A stretch of 41,221 nt of DNA from a virus. A program made the translations under genes and the position numbers. Below, one piece after another: positions 26,701 to 34,552 of this stretch. Below the pieces are notes generated by a model, which ran no database searches, was not told the origin of the DNA, and worked only from the letters and a program-made list of their open reading frames with translations. The stretch lies in IMG/VR virus record IMGVR_UViG_3300042934_000171, positions 1 to 41,221 of that record; one strand, 5' to 3'. Numbering within the stretch: the first letter of the stretch is position 1; each line of letters starts with the position of its first letter.

Positions 26701-28213
26701 GTTATCCACTAAGAGAGCGGTCCTCGCTAGTGATCTCGCTAAGGCTGAGAAGTTCAAACTAATTAACGCTAATGAAGCCGCGAGGAACCTTGAGGCATTC
26801 GATGCAACCATCACGAAGATCCGAGGTCTAAGGCGTGAGAGAGATGTCAAGGGTCAAGTAGGCGCTCTCGTGAATACCCTCAAAGGTATCTCCTATGCTG
26901 AGAACGGCTCAATGATGGGAGCTAATCAGCTCGGGGAAATGAGTGGGTCTATTGCTTATACAGGCTTCAAGGCAGTCACACATCTTATCCCTTCTGTGTC
27001 TAATGTCCTCCGAGAGTTGCGAGTGGGAAAGCAAGGAGCGGCTATAGCGAAGGAAGCCGAGCTGCAAGTCTTTGGGGCTACTCTTGAGAACTCCATTTGG
27101 AAGACCGATTGGCAGTCCCGGATGTGGCAAGAGGCTAGTACCAAAGGAGACCTCCTGCGCTACATGGATAAGGTCCAGACAGGCGTGAACTTCGCTTCTA
27201 AGGTTGTCTCAAGTGTCTCCATGCTCCCTAAGCTCACTGACAATATGCTCCGGGGAATCCGCAGGGATACCATAGTGGATACTTTCGATTGGGCCGCAGG
27301 GAAATCTGTAGGAACCTTAAGGAATCCCTTCAGTGACAAGAAACTGCAGGCTGCAGGGCTTGATAAGGTTAGCTCCGAGGAAGTCAAGGCAGGGATCAAC
27401 AAGTATCTCACAAGGGATGCTGAAGGAAACCCCACAAGGCTAGACCTCTTCAAGTGGCAGAAGGAAGACCCAAATACCTTCTTCAAGTGGAAGAACATTG
27501 TAGACAATCAGGCTCTTAGGGCGCTCCAACAGAATACCATTGGTAACCATAATCTCCTTAAAGATGCCAATAACTTCACTAAGATGATGTTTCAGTTCAA
27601 GGACTTCTCGATGAAGGTCATGAATGGACAGCTTGCTAGGGTCGTGACTCACCATGAGATTGATGATGTGCTGTCTCTGATGTTCTCAATGGCTACTAAC
27701 ACTATGGTCTACGCAGGGTTAACCTATGGAAAAGCCTATGCTCGATTCTCTGATGAAGGGAAACGGCAGGCATACCTTGAGGATCGCTTGAGTGCTCAGA
27801 ACCTAGCAAGTGCAGCATTCCTTAGAAGTATGTTAGGTACTGGCCTATCGTTTGGTCAAGACATCTATGAGGCTGCTACCGGGAGTCAATCCTTTAGGAC
27901 AACCGTAGATCGCTCCTCACAGTTCTCTAAGAGACAGCAACAGGACAGAGACTTTGGGGATGCTGTGGGTGACTTCGTTACACAGTTCCCGGCTATCAGA
28001 GCAGCTAAGTCTGTGGGTTGGGATATTCCTAAGACAGCAATTAACACCACAAAGCAACTCATCACGGATACCCCGAGTGTCAGCCAGAGGGATCTCAGGG
28101 ATGTCTTTAGGGCCTTCCCTCTGCAGAACTTCTTGCCTATGGTTAAACTTACGGAGACCCTAGTGGATGAGTCAGAATTACCTGAGAAAATCCGAAAGAG
28201 AGGTGGTAACTAA
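23753..28213 (+). CDS. Internal core protein with N-terminal lytic transglycosylase domain, T7 gp16-like
   Basis: SLT motifs ESNGK, GLMQLMP, AYNAGPGAV in the first 110 aa. 1486 aa, in syntenic position. Confidence 0.92.
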   Translation: MPDLESIIEEAAKTYGVPHELIRGVIQQESNGKHYAADGNVLTSSAGALGLMQLMPRTAEELGVNPNDERENILGGTKYLKQQLDTFGGDVPKALAAYNAGPGAVQEHNGIPPYEETQGYVKNIMENMGQGSFALSGAVDRERDSFGAVKPTSMTQEPIPYTFWNMAGNSFLDSWYDSGLIGMGRVAWSGMGTDNSKPLDLTQDDVDYVSKNLPGDLEAQRWVLSNATNPEHLTRLTKMKQEDIQRRDRLEAYHGGLAGVAKIGGSLAGSLLSDPTLLIPLGQEAFIGKALSRLGGASSRLAVSKFAKYSELAATNALLNVGERKFAEVQGGYKQDFESAALVGSIAGFGLGALGDVLARNKSTRKVLGALDNAESHSIAQSMGVRTPSELRAIKEDVLKLHDGLFSEALNSPTLNKLTADGKVVVVARKDLAGFSRDLGIDSIDNLKAFNKRDEGLTIIVKDALQPGDNIDNILAHEIGVHQNLKENLGDRLYASVKEAVMKNIEKPRGEWLEAVKAVPGGGWEEVLGHWVERGKATDGVFKDLGRGIRKTMRTLGGSDKLTDGELKDFVKRSLQNEVERGQGFRTLSDGSVLALDDNIKLSAANVFNPNLLSHILDIEPGTGGLISKAANWVSHQAEASRLYGTLHGILSTSVSKEGKKIAADLLTDPRLRSSKTSNILPIERQKEHIQRQLLKRYEDYLDTRMEYLQDTLTTQGPVSPGRFQDFNKQVRECYNATFTDNTSGLIAKEWEPAVLKAANQMKILKDDMVDTAKKSAEMFGAKTKNLLPKDWKALDDELWRAVDEDKWLIIANKFPTIDKFIDYLEQYAQSAIKRDKIEEKLLAEKMAVYEADLKKWQKDFDRTPKIVADKPIKPEKPTVTPEEVEAKVRESARDWAVGVGDQNLSNLDIFKEGAPHELSETLHFLQERVPMDTSKILETPWGEAFSYDIHLRSDDLDRLVPMTINRFAGEASLRNFAKDTTELSTKRAVLASDLAKAEKFKLINANEAARNLEAFDATITKIRGLRRERDVKGQVGALVNTLKGISYAENGSMMGANQLGEMSGSIAYTGFKAVTHLIPSVSNVLRELRVGKQGAAIAKEAELQVFGATLENSIWKTDWQSRMWQEASTKGDLLRYMDKVQTGVNFASKVVSSVSMLPKLTDNMLRGIRRDTIVDTFDWAAGKSVGTLRNPFSDKKLQAAGLDKVSSEEVKAGINKYLTRDAEGNPTRLDLFKWQKEDPNTFFKWKNIVDNQALRALQQNTIGNHNLLKDANNFTKMMFQFKDFSMKVMNGQLARVVTHHEIDDVLSLMFSMATNTMVYAGLTYGKAYARFSDEGKRQAYLEDRLSAQNLASAAFLRSMLGTGLSFGQDIYEAATGSQSFRTTVDRSSQFSKRQQQDRDFGDAVGDFVTQFPAIRAAKSVGWDIPKTAINTTKQLITDTPSVSQRDLRDVFRAFPLQNFLPMVKLTETLVDESELPEKIRKRGGN

Positions 28214-29305
28214 TTGGCAACAACATATAAGACAGTTCAAACTTATGAATGTGATGGCATCCAGCGGATCTTCACATTTCCTTTTGACTACCTAAGGACA
28301 TCCTTTGTTAAGTGTTCCTTAGATGCCTTAGAGCAGGTCAATGGGACAGACTACTCAGTCCCTGCAAGTCTAAAGCAAGTAGAGTTTTCTAGTGCTCCTG
28401 CTGCAGGGGTAATACTTAAGATCTACCGAGAGACTACCACAGATCACCTAGTGACTTGGGCAGATGCCTCAGTGCTCCGAGCTAAAGACCTTACAGTGTT
28501 TGAGGTTCAGCTCTTGCATGTTGCAGAGGAAACCAAGGACGCTGTACAGGCAGGTGGGATGGCACTAGATGATATTGATGGGAAGTGGCAAGGGGGTCTT
28601 CATGTAATTAAGGACCTTTTGGACCCTGAGAATCCGGGGGATGCTGTGACCTTGAGGTATCTTGAGAGTGCTAAAGGGGCCGTGATTACTGCTAAGGATA
28701 CAGCAATAACTAAGGCTGCAGAGGCTTCTCTAAGCGCAGAAGCCGCATCAGCCTCTGAGCTTGCTGCACGTATGTCTGAAGTTAATGCAGAGGATTCAGA
28801 AACTGTAGCCACAACTAAGGCCACTGAGTCATCCTTAAGTGCTTCTACAGCCACAACTAAGGCCGCTGAGGCATCCGCAAGCGCAATCTCAGCATTAGCC
28901 TCTAAGGATGCCTCAGCCATCTCGGAAACAAATGCAGCTTTAAGTGCTGCTCAAGCAGCTACGTTTGACCCCTCTCTCTATGCTACTAAGGCGCAGCAGG
29001 CTTGGCAAACTCCTACACTATTGAATGGATGGGTACAATTTGGCGCTCCTTATCCTACTGTTCAATATTATAAAGATTCCATTGGTGTTGTCCATCTAAG
29101 AGGGTGTGTTAAGAGCGGAACAATAGGAATTCCTATTACTGTTTTACCTGTAGGATATAGACCAGGATATTCTTGTAGTTTTTCAACGCCATCAAATACC
29201 GGGGTTGGTATTATGGTCGTGCAGACAGATGGAACTATTATGCCTGCTGTGGGAAGTAATTCATCCTTATTATTAGATGGTATCTCATTCAGAGTGGAGG
29301 GTTAA
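28214..29305 (+). CDS. Tail fibre protein (gp17-like N-terminal adaptor, Ala/Ser-rich coiled region, distinct C-terminal receptor-binding domain)
   Basis: The N-terminal YECDGIQRIFTFPFDYL pattern is typical of T7-type fibre N-domains. Position follows gp16. TTG start follows a GAGAGGTGG SD. Confidence 0.82.
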   Translation: MATTYKTVQTYECDGIQRIFTFPFDYLRTSFVKCSLDALEQVNGTDYSVPASLKQVEFSSAPAAGVILKIYRETTTDHLVTWADASVLRAKDLTVFEVQLLHVAEETKDAVQAGGMALDDIDGKWQGGLHVIKDLLDPENPGDAVTLRYLESAKGAVITAKDTAITKAAEASLSAEAASASELAARMSEVNAEDSETVATTKATESSLSASTATTKAAEASASAISALASKDASAISETNAALSAAQAATFDPSLYATKAQQAWQTPTLLNGWVQFGAPYPTVQYYKDSIGVVHLRGCVKSGTIGIPITVLPVGYRPGYSCSFSTPSNTGVGIMVVQTDGTIMPAVGSNSSLLLDGISFRVEG

Positions 29306-29308
29306 CCA

Positions 29309-29497
29309 ATGGATAACCAAGAGATCAAAACTGAATTAACCCGAATGGCCCCTCCTATAGGTGTCTCTACGGTATCTATAGCAGGGGTCTCTCTATCTGA
29401 ATGGGTCCTCGGGGCTACCCTCTTGTATACCTTAATTCAAATCGGCTGGACTATCTATAGGATCGTCAAGCACTTCAAAGGAGGCGATAAGAAGTGA
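29309..29497 (+). CDS. Putative holin (small membrane protein)
   Basis: 62 aa with hydrophobic stretches VSTVSIAGV and WVLGATLLYTLIQIGWTIY and a basic C-terminus. Its position matches T7 gene 17.5. Confidence 0.55.
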   Translation: MDNQEIKTELTRMAPPIGVSTVSIAGVSLSEWVLGATLLYTLIQIGWTIYRIVKHFKGGDKK

Positions 29498-29709
29498 GTA
29501 AAGATGTATTCGGAAATTTCCTCACGGTCGGTGATAAGGTAGCCTTAATTCGTCCGCGCTATTCCTACATGACTCTTGGAGAAGTCACAAACGTAACTCC
29601 GACAGGGGCTACTGTGAAATACCTCACCTACGGCAATCGAACTGCAAAGACCTTTAGGGATTCCTCGCAGCTTGCTAAGGATATGTCTCAGACGCTTCCC
29701 TGCGAATGA
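29494..29709 (+). CDS. hypothetical small protein
   Basis: GTG start follows an AAAGGAGG SD. 71 aa, beta-rich. Confidence 0.55.
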   Translation: MSKDVFGNFLTVGDKVALIRPRYSYMTLGEVTNVTPTGATVKYLTYGNRTAKTFRDSSQLAKDMSQTLPCE

Positions 29710-29984
29710 CCGAAAATAAAGACATGAGAATATGGACTATCCTCTTTGTGGTCTTAGGGGTCTCCGAGCAGCTTGCTAACGGACTCCTTAAGACCTCTTT
29801 TAGTCTCTATGATCTCCTTGCGGTCTATGGCATGGTAGCTGCTTATTATGGCTATACGTTCCATATGGCTTCCAAGTGGGGACCTCCGGGACAGCCTACA
29901 GCGAGGAATCAAGGTCAATCATTAACTAACCCTAGCTCCGGTCCAGTAAATACTTCAGGAGGTGGTTTTTATGGAACTCGGTAG
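29706..29984 (+). CDS. Two-TM membrane protein in the lysis cassette (holin/antiholin or spanin-like candidate)
   Basis: Hydrophobic segments IWTILFVVLGV and LLAVYGMVAAYYGY. The tail is Gly/Pro/Ser-rich. Confidence 0.5.
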   Translation: MTENKDMRIWTILFVVLGVSEQLANGLLKTSFSLYDLLAVYGMVAAYYGYTFHMASKWGPPGQPTARNQGQSLTNPSSGPVNTSGGGFYGTR

Positions 29985-30576
29985 TTTATCGGCTAAGTAC
30001 GAATCAAACGGAGACCCTGGGTGTGTAGCTCACACTCCAGGGGATCTCGGAGGGGCTTCCTATGGCGCCTATCAATTCGCCACAGCTTCAGGGATACCTC
30101 AAGCCTTCATCCAGTGGTTACTCTCACAAGGCTACTCCAATGCGGAATACCTCGCTAACTCCGGGGAGCCGGGGAGTAGTTCTTTTGATGATGCCTGGAG
30201 GAAGACCGCAGAGGTGGATGCTGAGGAGTTCTTGAGGTGGCAGTGGCAGTATGTCAAGGAGCAGTATTATGATGTTGCTATTGAGAGCCTAAGCAATGCA
30301 GGCTATGACATGATTAATGTCCCTGAGGCTATTCATCAGATTGTATGGTCCGCATCTGTTCATTATGGGCCTAGATGGATTGTAGACCTTTGGATAGAAG
30401 CATACGAGCGTTGTGATCCTGAAGATATCCAAAGACTCATCAAGGCTATCTACGAGGTCCGCTCGGAATCCCGAAATAGTAATGATTGGATATCCACAAG
30501 TAACCCTGAGGACATTGTGTGGGGCCTGAGGAACCGCATGGTCAATGAATGTGAGGATGCACTGGAGATGTGCTAA
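29971..30576 (+). CDS. Putative peptidoglycan hydrolase (endolysin), not amidase_2 type
   Basis: ATG 29971 lies 6 nt after an AGGAGGTG SD. YESNGDPG...GGASYGAYQF resembles lysozyme/glycosidase-like phage and T6SS muramidase domains. Position within the lysis cassette supports the call. Confidence 0.55.
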   Translation: MELGSLSAKYESNGDPGCVAHTPGDLGGASYGAYQFATASGIPQAFIQWLLSQGYSNAEYLANSGEPGSSSFDDAWRKTAEVDAEEFLRWQWQYVKEQYYDVAIESLSNAGYDMINVPEAIHQIVWSASVHYGPRWIVDLWIEAYERCDPEDIQRLIKAIYEVRSESRNSNDWISTSNPEDIVWGLRNRMVNECEDALEMC

Positions 30577-30607
30577 AAGAAACAGACGGAGAAATTAGGT
30601 AAATACA

Positions 30608-30853
30608 TTGGCAAAAATTGATGAAGAACTGTTAGACCAAATTGCAATCAAAGAAGTAGAGATCCTCCTTGAGAACTGTGATGATCCTGAGATGAGAAGG
30701 AACCCGAGTTTTCTTGAGAAGCTTAGAAAGTTCCTTAAGGAGAATAAACTCCAGACAACCCCTGAGACACCTGGGGTTAATAAGGTACAGCAGAAGGCTG
30801 AGGAGATCCCGGACTTCGATAAGGATGAGGATGCTCAGGAGTTCACACAGTGA
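30608..30853 (+). CDS. Terminase small subunit, T7 gp18-like
   Basis: 81 aa directly upstream of, and overlapping, the large terminase. Resembles the gp18 central region from memory. TTG start with a weak SD. Confidence 0.65.
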   Translation: MAKIDEELLDQIAIKEVEILLENCDDPEMRRNPSFLEKLRKFLKENKLQTTPETPGVNKVQQKAEEIPDFDKDEDAQEFTQ

Positions 30854-32595
30854 TGTGGACTAAAGAACAGATAGGGAGGGCCTTGAAAGACTTCAGGGCG
30901 CTCCTCTTTATTATCTGGAAGATGATTGGACTCCCTCAGCCTACTCCTATCCAGCTCGATATGGCAAAGACCCTTCAGAATCCTCCAGGTGATCGATTCA
31001 TTCTGGAGGGGTTCCGAGGGGTAGCCAAGAGCTTTATCACATGTGCCTATGTGGTATGGCGCTTGTGGCAGAATCCTCTGCTAAAAGTGGAGATTGTCTC
31101 AGCATCCAAGGAGAGGGCAGATGCTAATGCTAACTTCATTAAGAAGATCATTAATACAGTTCCCTTCTTGGAGTGCCTCAGGTTAACCCCGGAGGACAAA
31201 GCTCAAGGTCTAAGGGACACTCAGAACCTGTTTGATGTTCATGGGGCTGTCCCTGATATTGCCCCGAGTGTCAAAAGTGTAGGTATCACAGGGCAGATCA
31301 CAGGGTCTCGTGCTGACATTCTTGTAGCAGATGATGTGGAGGTCCCGAATAACAGCGGTACTCAGAAGCAAAGAGATCAACTCGGGGAAGCCGTTAAGGA
31401 GTTTGATGCTATTATCAAGCCGGGAGGCCAGATCATTTACCTAGGGACTCCTCAAAATGAAATGAGTCTCTACAATGAACTCCTCAAGAGAGGCTACCGA
31501 GCTTTGATCTATCCTCTTCTGTACCCTGAGACATCTAAAGAGCGTAATGACTATGGGTCTAACTTAGCGCCTTTCATTGCTAATCGCTACGATAAGGACC
31601 CTGAGAAGTGGGCAGGGAAGTCTACAGAACCGGGGCGGTTTGACATGGAGGAGATAGGTAAGAGAAGGCTGTCCTATGGTCGAGCAGGGTTCGCCTTGCA
31701 GTTCCTCCTCAATACTAATCTCACGGATGCTGAGAAGTATCCTCTCAAGGTCTCGGACTTGATTGTGACAGACCTTGATATGAAAGAGACCTCCATGAAG
31801 TGGCACTGGGGCAAAACTCCTGATCTTCGACACTTGGACATTCCTTGTGTGGCCCTCAAGAATGACTACTTCTATGGAGAGTTTGAGAGATCCAAGGAGG
31901 TTGCTCCCTACACTGGCGCGGTCATGTTCATAGACCCAAGTGGTCGCGGCAAAGACGAGACAGCTTATGCCATAGTAAAGTATCTCAATGGATATTTGTT
32001 CCTTGTCGCTGTAGGGGGCTTCAAGGACGGATACTCTGATGAGGTCCTCAGGACTCTCGCAATGAAAGCGAAGTACTATGGGGTCACTGATGTTGTCTCT
32101 GAGGCAAACTTTGGTGATGGTATGTTCACCAAGATTCTCACTCCGATATTCCGGGAGATCTACCCTTGCACCATCACAGAGGTTAAATCCTCCACTCAAA
32201 AAGAGAAGAGGATCATAGACACCCTCGAACCTGTCATGCAGCAGCATAGGCTTATCGTGGATGCCCAGGTTATCCATGAGGACTTCTCAGTGTATGAGAA
32301 GGACTATATGTATAGTCTGATCTACCAATTAACCCGCATCAGTAAAGATAGGGGTTCCTTGGGACACGATGATAGGCTCGATGCGCTCACTGGAGCCGTT
32401 GCCTTTTGGGTGGAAGCTATGGCCCGCTCTGCTGAAGTCGGAATGGAGGAACTAGCGGAACAGGAGTTTGAAAAATGGATGGACCCTGATAGAGGGGTCT
32501 TTTTTATTTCTGAGATAGCTCCTAAGCCTGGGAAGATCAAGAGGACTATCCCTGGTGAGTACAATATTCTTGATGGATTCTTTACAGGTCGTTGA
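30850..32595 (+). CDS. Terminase large subunit, T7 gp19-like
   Basis: 581 aa. Walker A-like GFRGVAKS, Walker B ILVADDVE, nuclease-domain FIDPSGRGKDETAY. The start is either GTG 30850 or ATG 30853. Confidence 0.94.
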   Translation: MMWTKEQIGRALKDFRALLFIIWKMIGLPQPTPIQLDMAKTLQNPPGDRFILEGFRGVAKSFITCAYVVWRLWQNPLLKVEIVSASKERADANANFIKKIINTVPFLECLRLTPEDKAQGLRDTQNLFDVHGAVPDIAPSVKSVGITGQITGSRADILVADDVEVPNNSGTQKQRDQLGEAVKEFDAIIKPGGQIIYLGTPQNEMSLYNELLKRGYRALIYPLLYPETSKERNDYGSNLAPFIANRYDKDPEKWAGKSTEPGRFDMEEIGKRRLSYGRAGFALQFLLNTNLTDAEKYPLKVSDLIVTDLDMKETSMKWHWGKTPDLRHLDIPCVALKNDYFYGEFERSKEVAPYTGAVMFIDPSGRGKDETAYAIVKYLNGYLFLVAVGGFKDGYSDEVLRTLAMKAKYYGVTDVVSEANFGDGMFTKILTPIFREIYPCTITEVKSSTQKEKRIIDTLEPVMQQHRLIVDAQVIHEDFSVYEKDYMYSLIYQLTRISKDRGSLGHDDRLDALTGAVAFWVEAMARSAEVGMEELAEQEFEKWMDPDRGVFFISEIAPKPGKIKRTIPGEYNILDGFFTGR

Positions 32596-32608
32596 GTCTC
32601 CAAAGTTG

Positions 32609-32627
32609 ATTGTGACACGAAAGAAGA
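32609..32627 (+). promoter_or_regulatory. Candidate phage-RNAP promoter P3a (ATTGTGACACGAAAGAAG)
   Basis: Conserved motif 14 nt after the terminase stop, analogous to T7 phiOR. Confidence 0.6.
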
Positions 32628-32634
32628 GAATCTG

Positions 32635-32653
32635 ATTGTGACACGATAAGCAG
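32635..32653 (+). promoter_or_regulatory. Candidate phage-RNAP promoter P3b (ATTGTGACACGATAAGCAG)
   Basis: A tandem copy 26 bp after P3a. Confidence 0.6.
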
Positions 32654-32759
32654 AAGGAAAGTCAAGAGTCTGCATAGAGATCACCTTAAGGACTTCATGA
32701 GTGCTACCTCATGTTGTATTGAAAGCGCTAGTTTACACTAGCTATCTCCTTAAGGCTGT

Positions 32760-32821
32760 GATTGTCTTCTATCTTAAATGGTAGATCATAGGAGGTGGTG
32801 GACCCTATGATGAAGACAATC
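32760..32821. repeat. Long imperfect palindrome / hairpin
   Basis: GATTGTCTTC (32760-69) pairs with GAAGACAATC (32812-21). An inner pair ATCATAGG / CCTATGAT lies within it. Confidence 0.7.
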
Positions 32822-32832
32822 TCAGATGTAGT

Positions 32833-32938
32833 GAGACATCAGAGTGTACAAGGCTAAGGGACTTAATTTGAAGACCTCATGTAGGATTACCCGGATGAGG
32901 AAAGCGGTTAGGGATGAACTTAGACACTCTGATGTCTC
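32833..32938. repeat. 15-bp inverted repeat pair (GAGACATCAGAGTGT / ACACTCTGATGTCTC) enclosing about 76 bp
   Basis: Exact reverse complements at 32833-47 and 32924-38. The internal sequence contains a further CCTCAT...ATGAGG stem. Confidence 0.7.
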
Positions 32939-33215
32939 CACCCCTTGTAGATACCTCTAGGTATACTCAAGGTTTAACTAAGACTATCTCTTCTTTCTTA
33001 TTGTTTAATAAGATAAAGACAATAGTACCTTAGGTAAACCTTAAGGAATACCTAGCGGTAAAGCTAGGACTTCCTAGCACTTCTGCAAGGTGAGTGACCT
33101 AGAGGCACATCCTGAGGTTATCATCCTTATGTCCTCCTCAGGATACCTCTAGTTTCCCCTTTAATAATCTATAAGGATGTGATATCCAATAATAACCATA
33201 AATAAGAAGTACCTA

Positions 33216-33725
33216 ATGATAGCTGCAGGGGTTATCCTGGTGGCCTTCTTAGGGCTGTACCTCTGGACCTCTAAGGCTCCTAAGGACATCCCTAAGGCTA
33301 CGCTATCGCCCATTACCTCTACCACAGAGGTCTCTACAGCCCCTAAGACTTCCCCTGCGGATAATGATGTGGAGATCACTCAGACCTACAAAGCGAATGT
33401 CAATGGGGTCCAAGTGACAGCCCCTGTGAAGACCTCAAGTGCTTCCTCAAGTGGTACTAAAGGCATCATTAAGCAAGAGATAGACCTCGCTCCTATTGTT
33501 GACCTCGCTAAGGAATCCGCTAAGAAAGACTATTATAAAGAGTGGTCTATAGGCACCGGATATGGTGTCCATAAAGGCTCTGCTTACATTCCTCTAGAGA
33601 TCGAGAAGACATACTCTCACAGCCCTAAGGTTGACAAGGCGGTATCCATTGAGGCCCATTTTGAGCCTTCCCTAAGTAACCTAAAGGTTAATGGAGGGGA
33701 GCTGAAGCATAAGTGGAGATTCTAA
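33216..33725 (+). CDS. Membrane-anchored / exported protein of unknown function (moron candidate)
   Basis: N-terminal hydrophobic helix AAGVILVAFLGLYLW, S/T/P-rich linker, beta-rich C-domain ending KHKWRF. The SD is weak. Confidence 0.5.
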   Translation: MIAAGVILVAFLGLYLWTSKAPKDIPKATLSPITSTTEVSTAPKTSPADNDVEITQTYKANVNGVQVTAPVKTSSASSSGTKGIIKQEIDLAPIVDLAKESAKKDYYKEWSIGTGYGVHKGSAYIPLEIEKTYSHSPKVDKAVSIEAHFEPSLSNLKVNGGELKHKWRF

Positions 33726-33742
33726 AGACACTCCTCTTTCTG

Positions 33743-33859
33743 ATGCCTCTCATAGTGCTGACGATCTTCAGTGTAGTATTTATGGTCTTCATAGGTCTCC
33801 TTGGGTGGGCCTGTGGAGCGTGGTTGAAACATATCGAGAATAAGAGAAGTAAGTCTTAA
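33743..33859 (+). CDS. 38-aa single-TM peptide
   Basis: MPLIVLTIFSVVFMVFIGLLGWACGAWLKHIENKRSKS, followed directly by a terminator hairpin. Confidence 0.35.
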   Translation: MPLIVLTIFSVVFMVFIGLLGWACGAWLKHIENKRSKS

Positions 33860-33887
33860 GGCTACCTTAGTGGTGGCCTTTTCTATT
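33858..33887 (+). terminator. Rho-independent-type terminator
   Basis: AAGGCTACC, loop TTAGT, GGTGGCCTT, then TTCTATT. Confidence 0.6.
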
Positions 33888-33939
33888 CCAATTTAGTATC
33901 TGGTACTAATAATTAATTAACTACCGGGAGATCTTCAAG

Positions 33940-34101
33940 GTGATCCTCATGTTGTACCTTCTGGCCTTCGTGGTTGTCCTTGAGGATTACCTAGTGGCCT
34001 ACTTAATCTTTCACTACTATATCCTCCCTGGGGACCTCTTGAGCCTCCGGGTCTACATGAGGGTCCTAAGGAAATACATTGATTTTGATGGGAGTGGTTA
34101 A
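33940..34101 (+). CDS. small hydrophobic protein
   Basis: GTG 33940 (GGGAG SD) or ATG 33949. Sequence MLYLLAFVVVLEDYLVAYLIFHYYIL... It ends just before the xis-like start. Confidence 0.4.
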   Translation: MILMLYLLAFVVVLEDYLVAYLIFHYYILPGDLLSLRVYMRVLRKYIDFDGSG

Positions 34102-34105
34102 TCTA

Positions 34106-34306
34106 ATGTCTGATAGTCCTTTAATAACAATTAAGGAAGCTGCTGAATATCTGAACATATCTAAGGATGTTGTATATTTACTAGCAAGGTCTAAGGAATT
34201 CCCTGCAATTAAAATAGGTAACTCCTGGAGAGTCCTGAAGAAGGAACTTGATGTTTGGATAGCGAAGCAGTATAAAGACAAGCCAACATTTGTATATTCT
34301 CTATAA
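34106..34306 (+). CDS. xis: Excisionase-family (MerR-like HTH_17) DNA-binding protein
   Basis: ITIKEAAEYLNISKDVVYLLARSKEFPAIKIGNSWRV is the typical excisionase-family HTH pattern. ATG 34106 lies 8 nt after GGGAGTGG. The gene converges on int. Confidence 0.75.
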   Translation: MSDSPLITIKEAAEYLNISKDVVYLLARSKEFPAIKIGNSWRVLKKELDVWIAKQYKDKPTFVYSL

Positions 34307-34321
34307 ACACTCAAGGAGACC

Positions 34322-34341
34322 ATAAGCACTTATAAGCACTT
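34322..34341 (+). repeat. Tandem ATAAGCACTT x2 (candidate integrase arm-type sites, left)
   Basis: Two exact adjacent 10-mers. The same 10-mer pair recurs at 34553-34573. Confidence 0.6.
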
Positions 34342-34552
34342 TAGGCCTCCTAATAACCTGGAGGAATCTAGTAAATACAAGGCTCCAAAGGGTTTCAATC
34401 ATTCTATACTAATTTTAGACAGGAAAGAATTTAAGGCACTTTTGGGACTCCTTGGTTCTCATAAGGAATCCTTATTCTAAAAGGGCTGAAGCCTAGTGTG
34501 ACCTTGAGATTCTGTAAGATATGGAAGCTACTCGAAGCTAACTTAAGGAGCA

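Noticed and set aside
24511-27655. Numerous 60-120 aa ORFs on both strands inside the 1486-aa gp16-like gene (for example 24511-24870, 25231-25578, 26052-26393, 27160-27507)
   Set aside because: All overlap the SLT-domain core protein frame and none has a start context. The same reasoning applies to shadow ORFs inside the polymerase, gp12, gp15, portal and capsid genes.
28600-28920. 106-aa minus-strand Ala/Ser-rich ORF antisense to the tail fibre
   Set aside because: It is a mirror image of the GCN/TCN-rich Ala/Ser repeat region of the fibre. The codon-repeat pattern keeps the antisense frame open.
31564-32277. 237-aa minus-strand ORF (plus 31674-31859 and 32322-32684) antisense to the large terminase
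   Set aside because: It lies entirely inside a strongly supported + strand gene. It has no SD and a low-complexity, atypical composition. Antisense ORFs of this kind are expected by chance in long genes with this codon bias.
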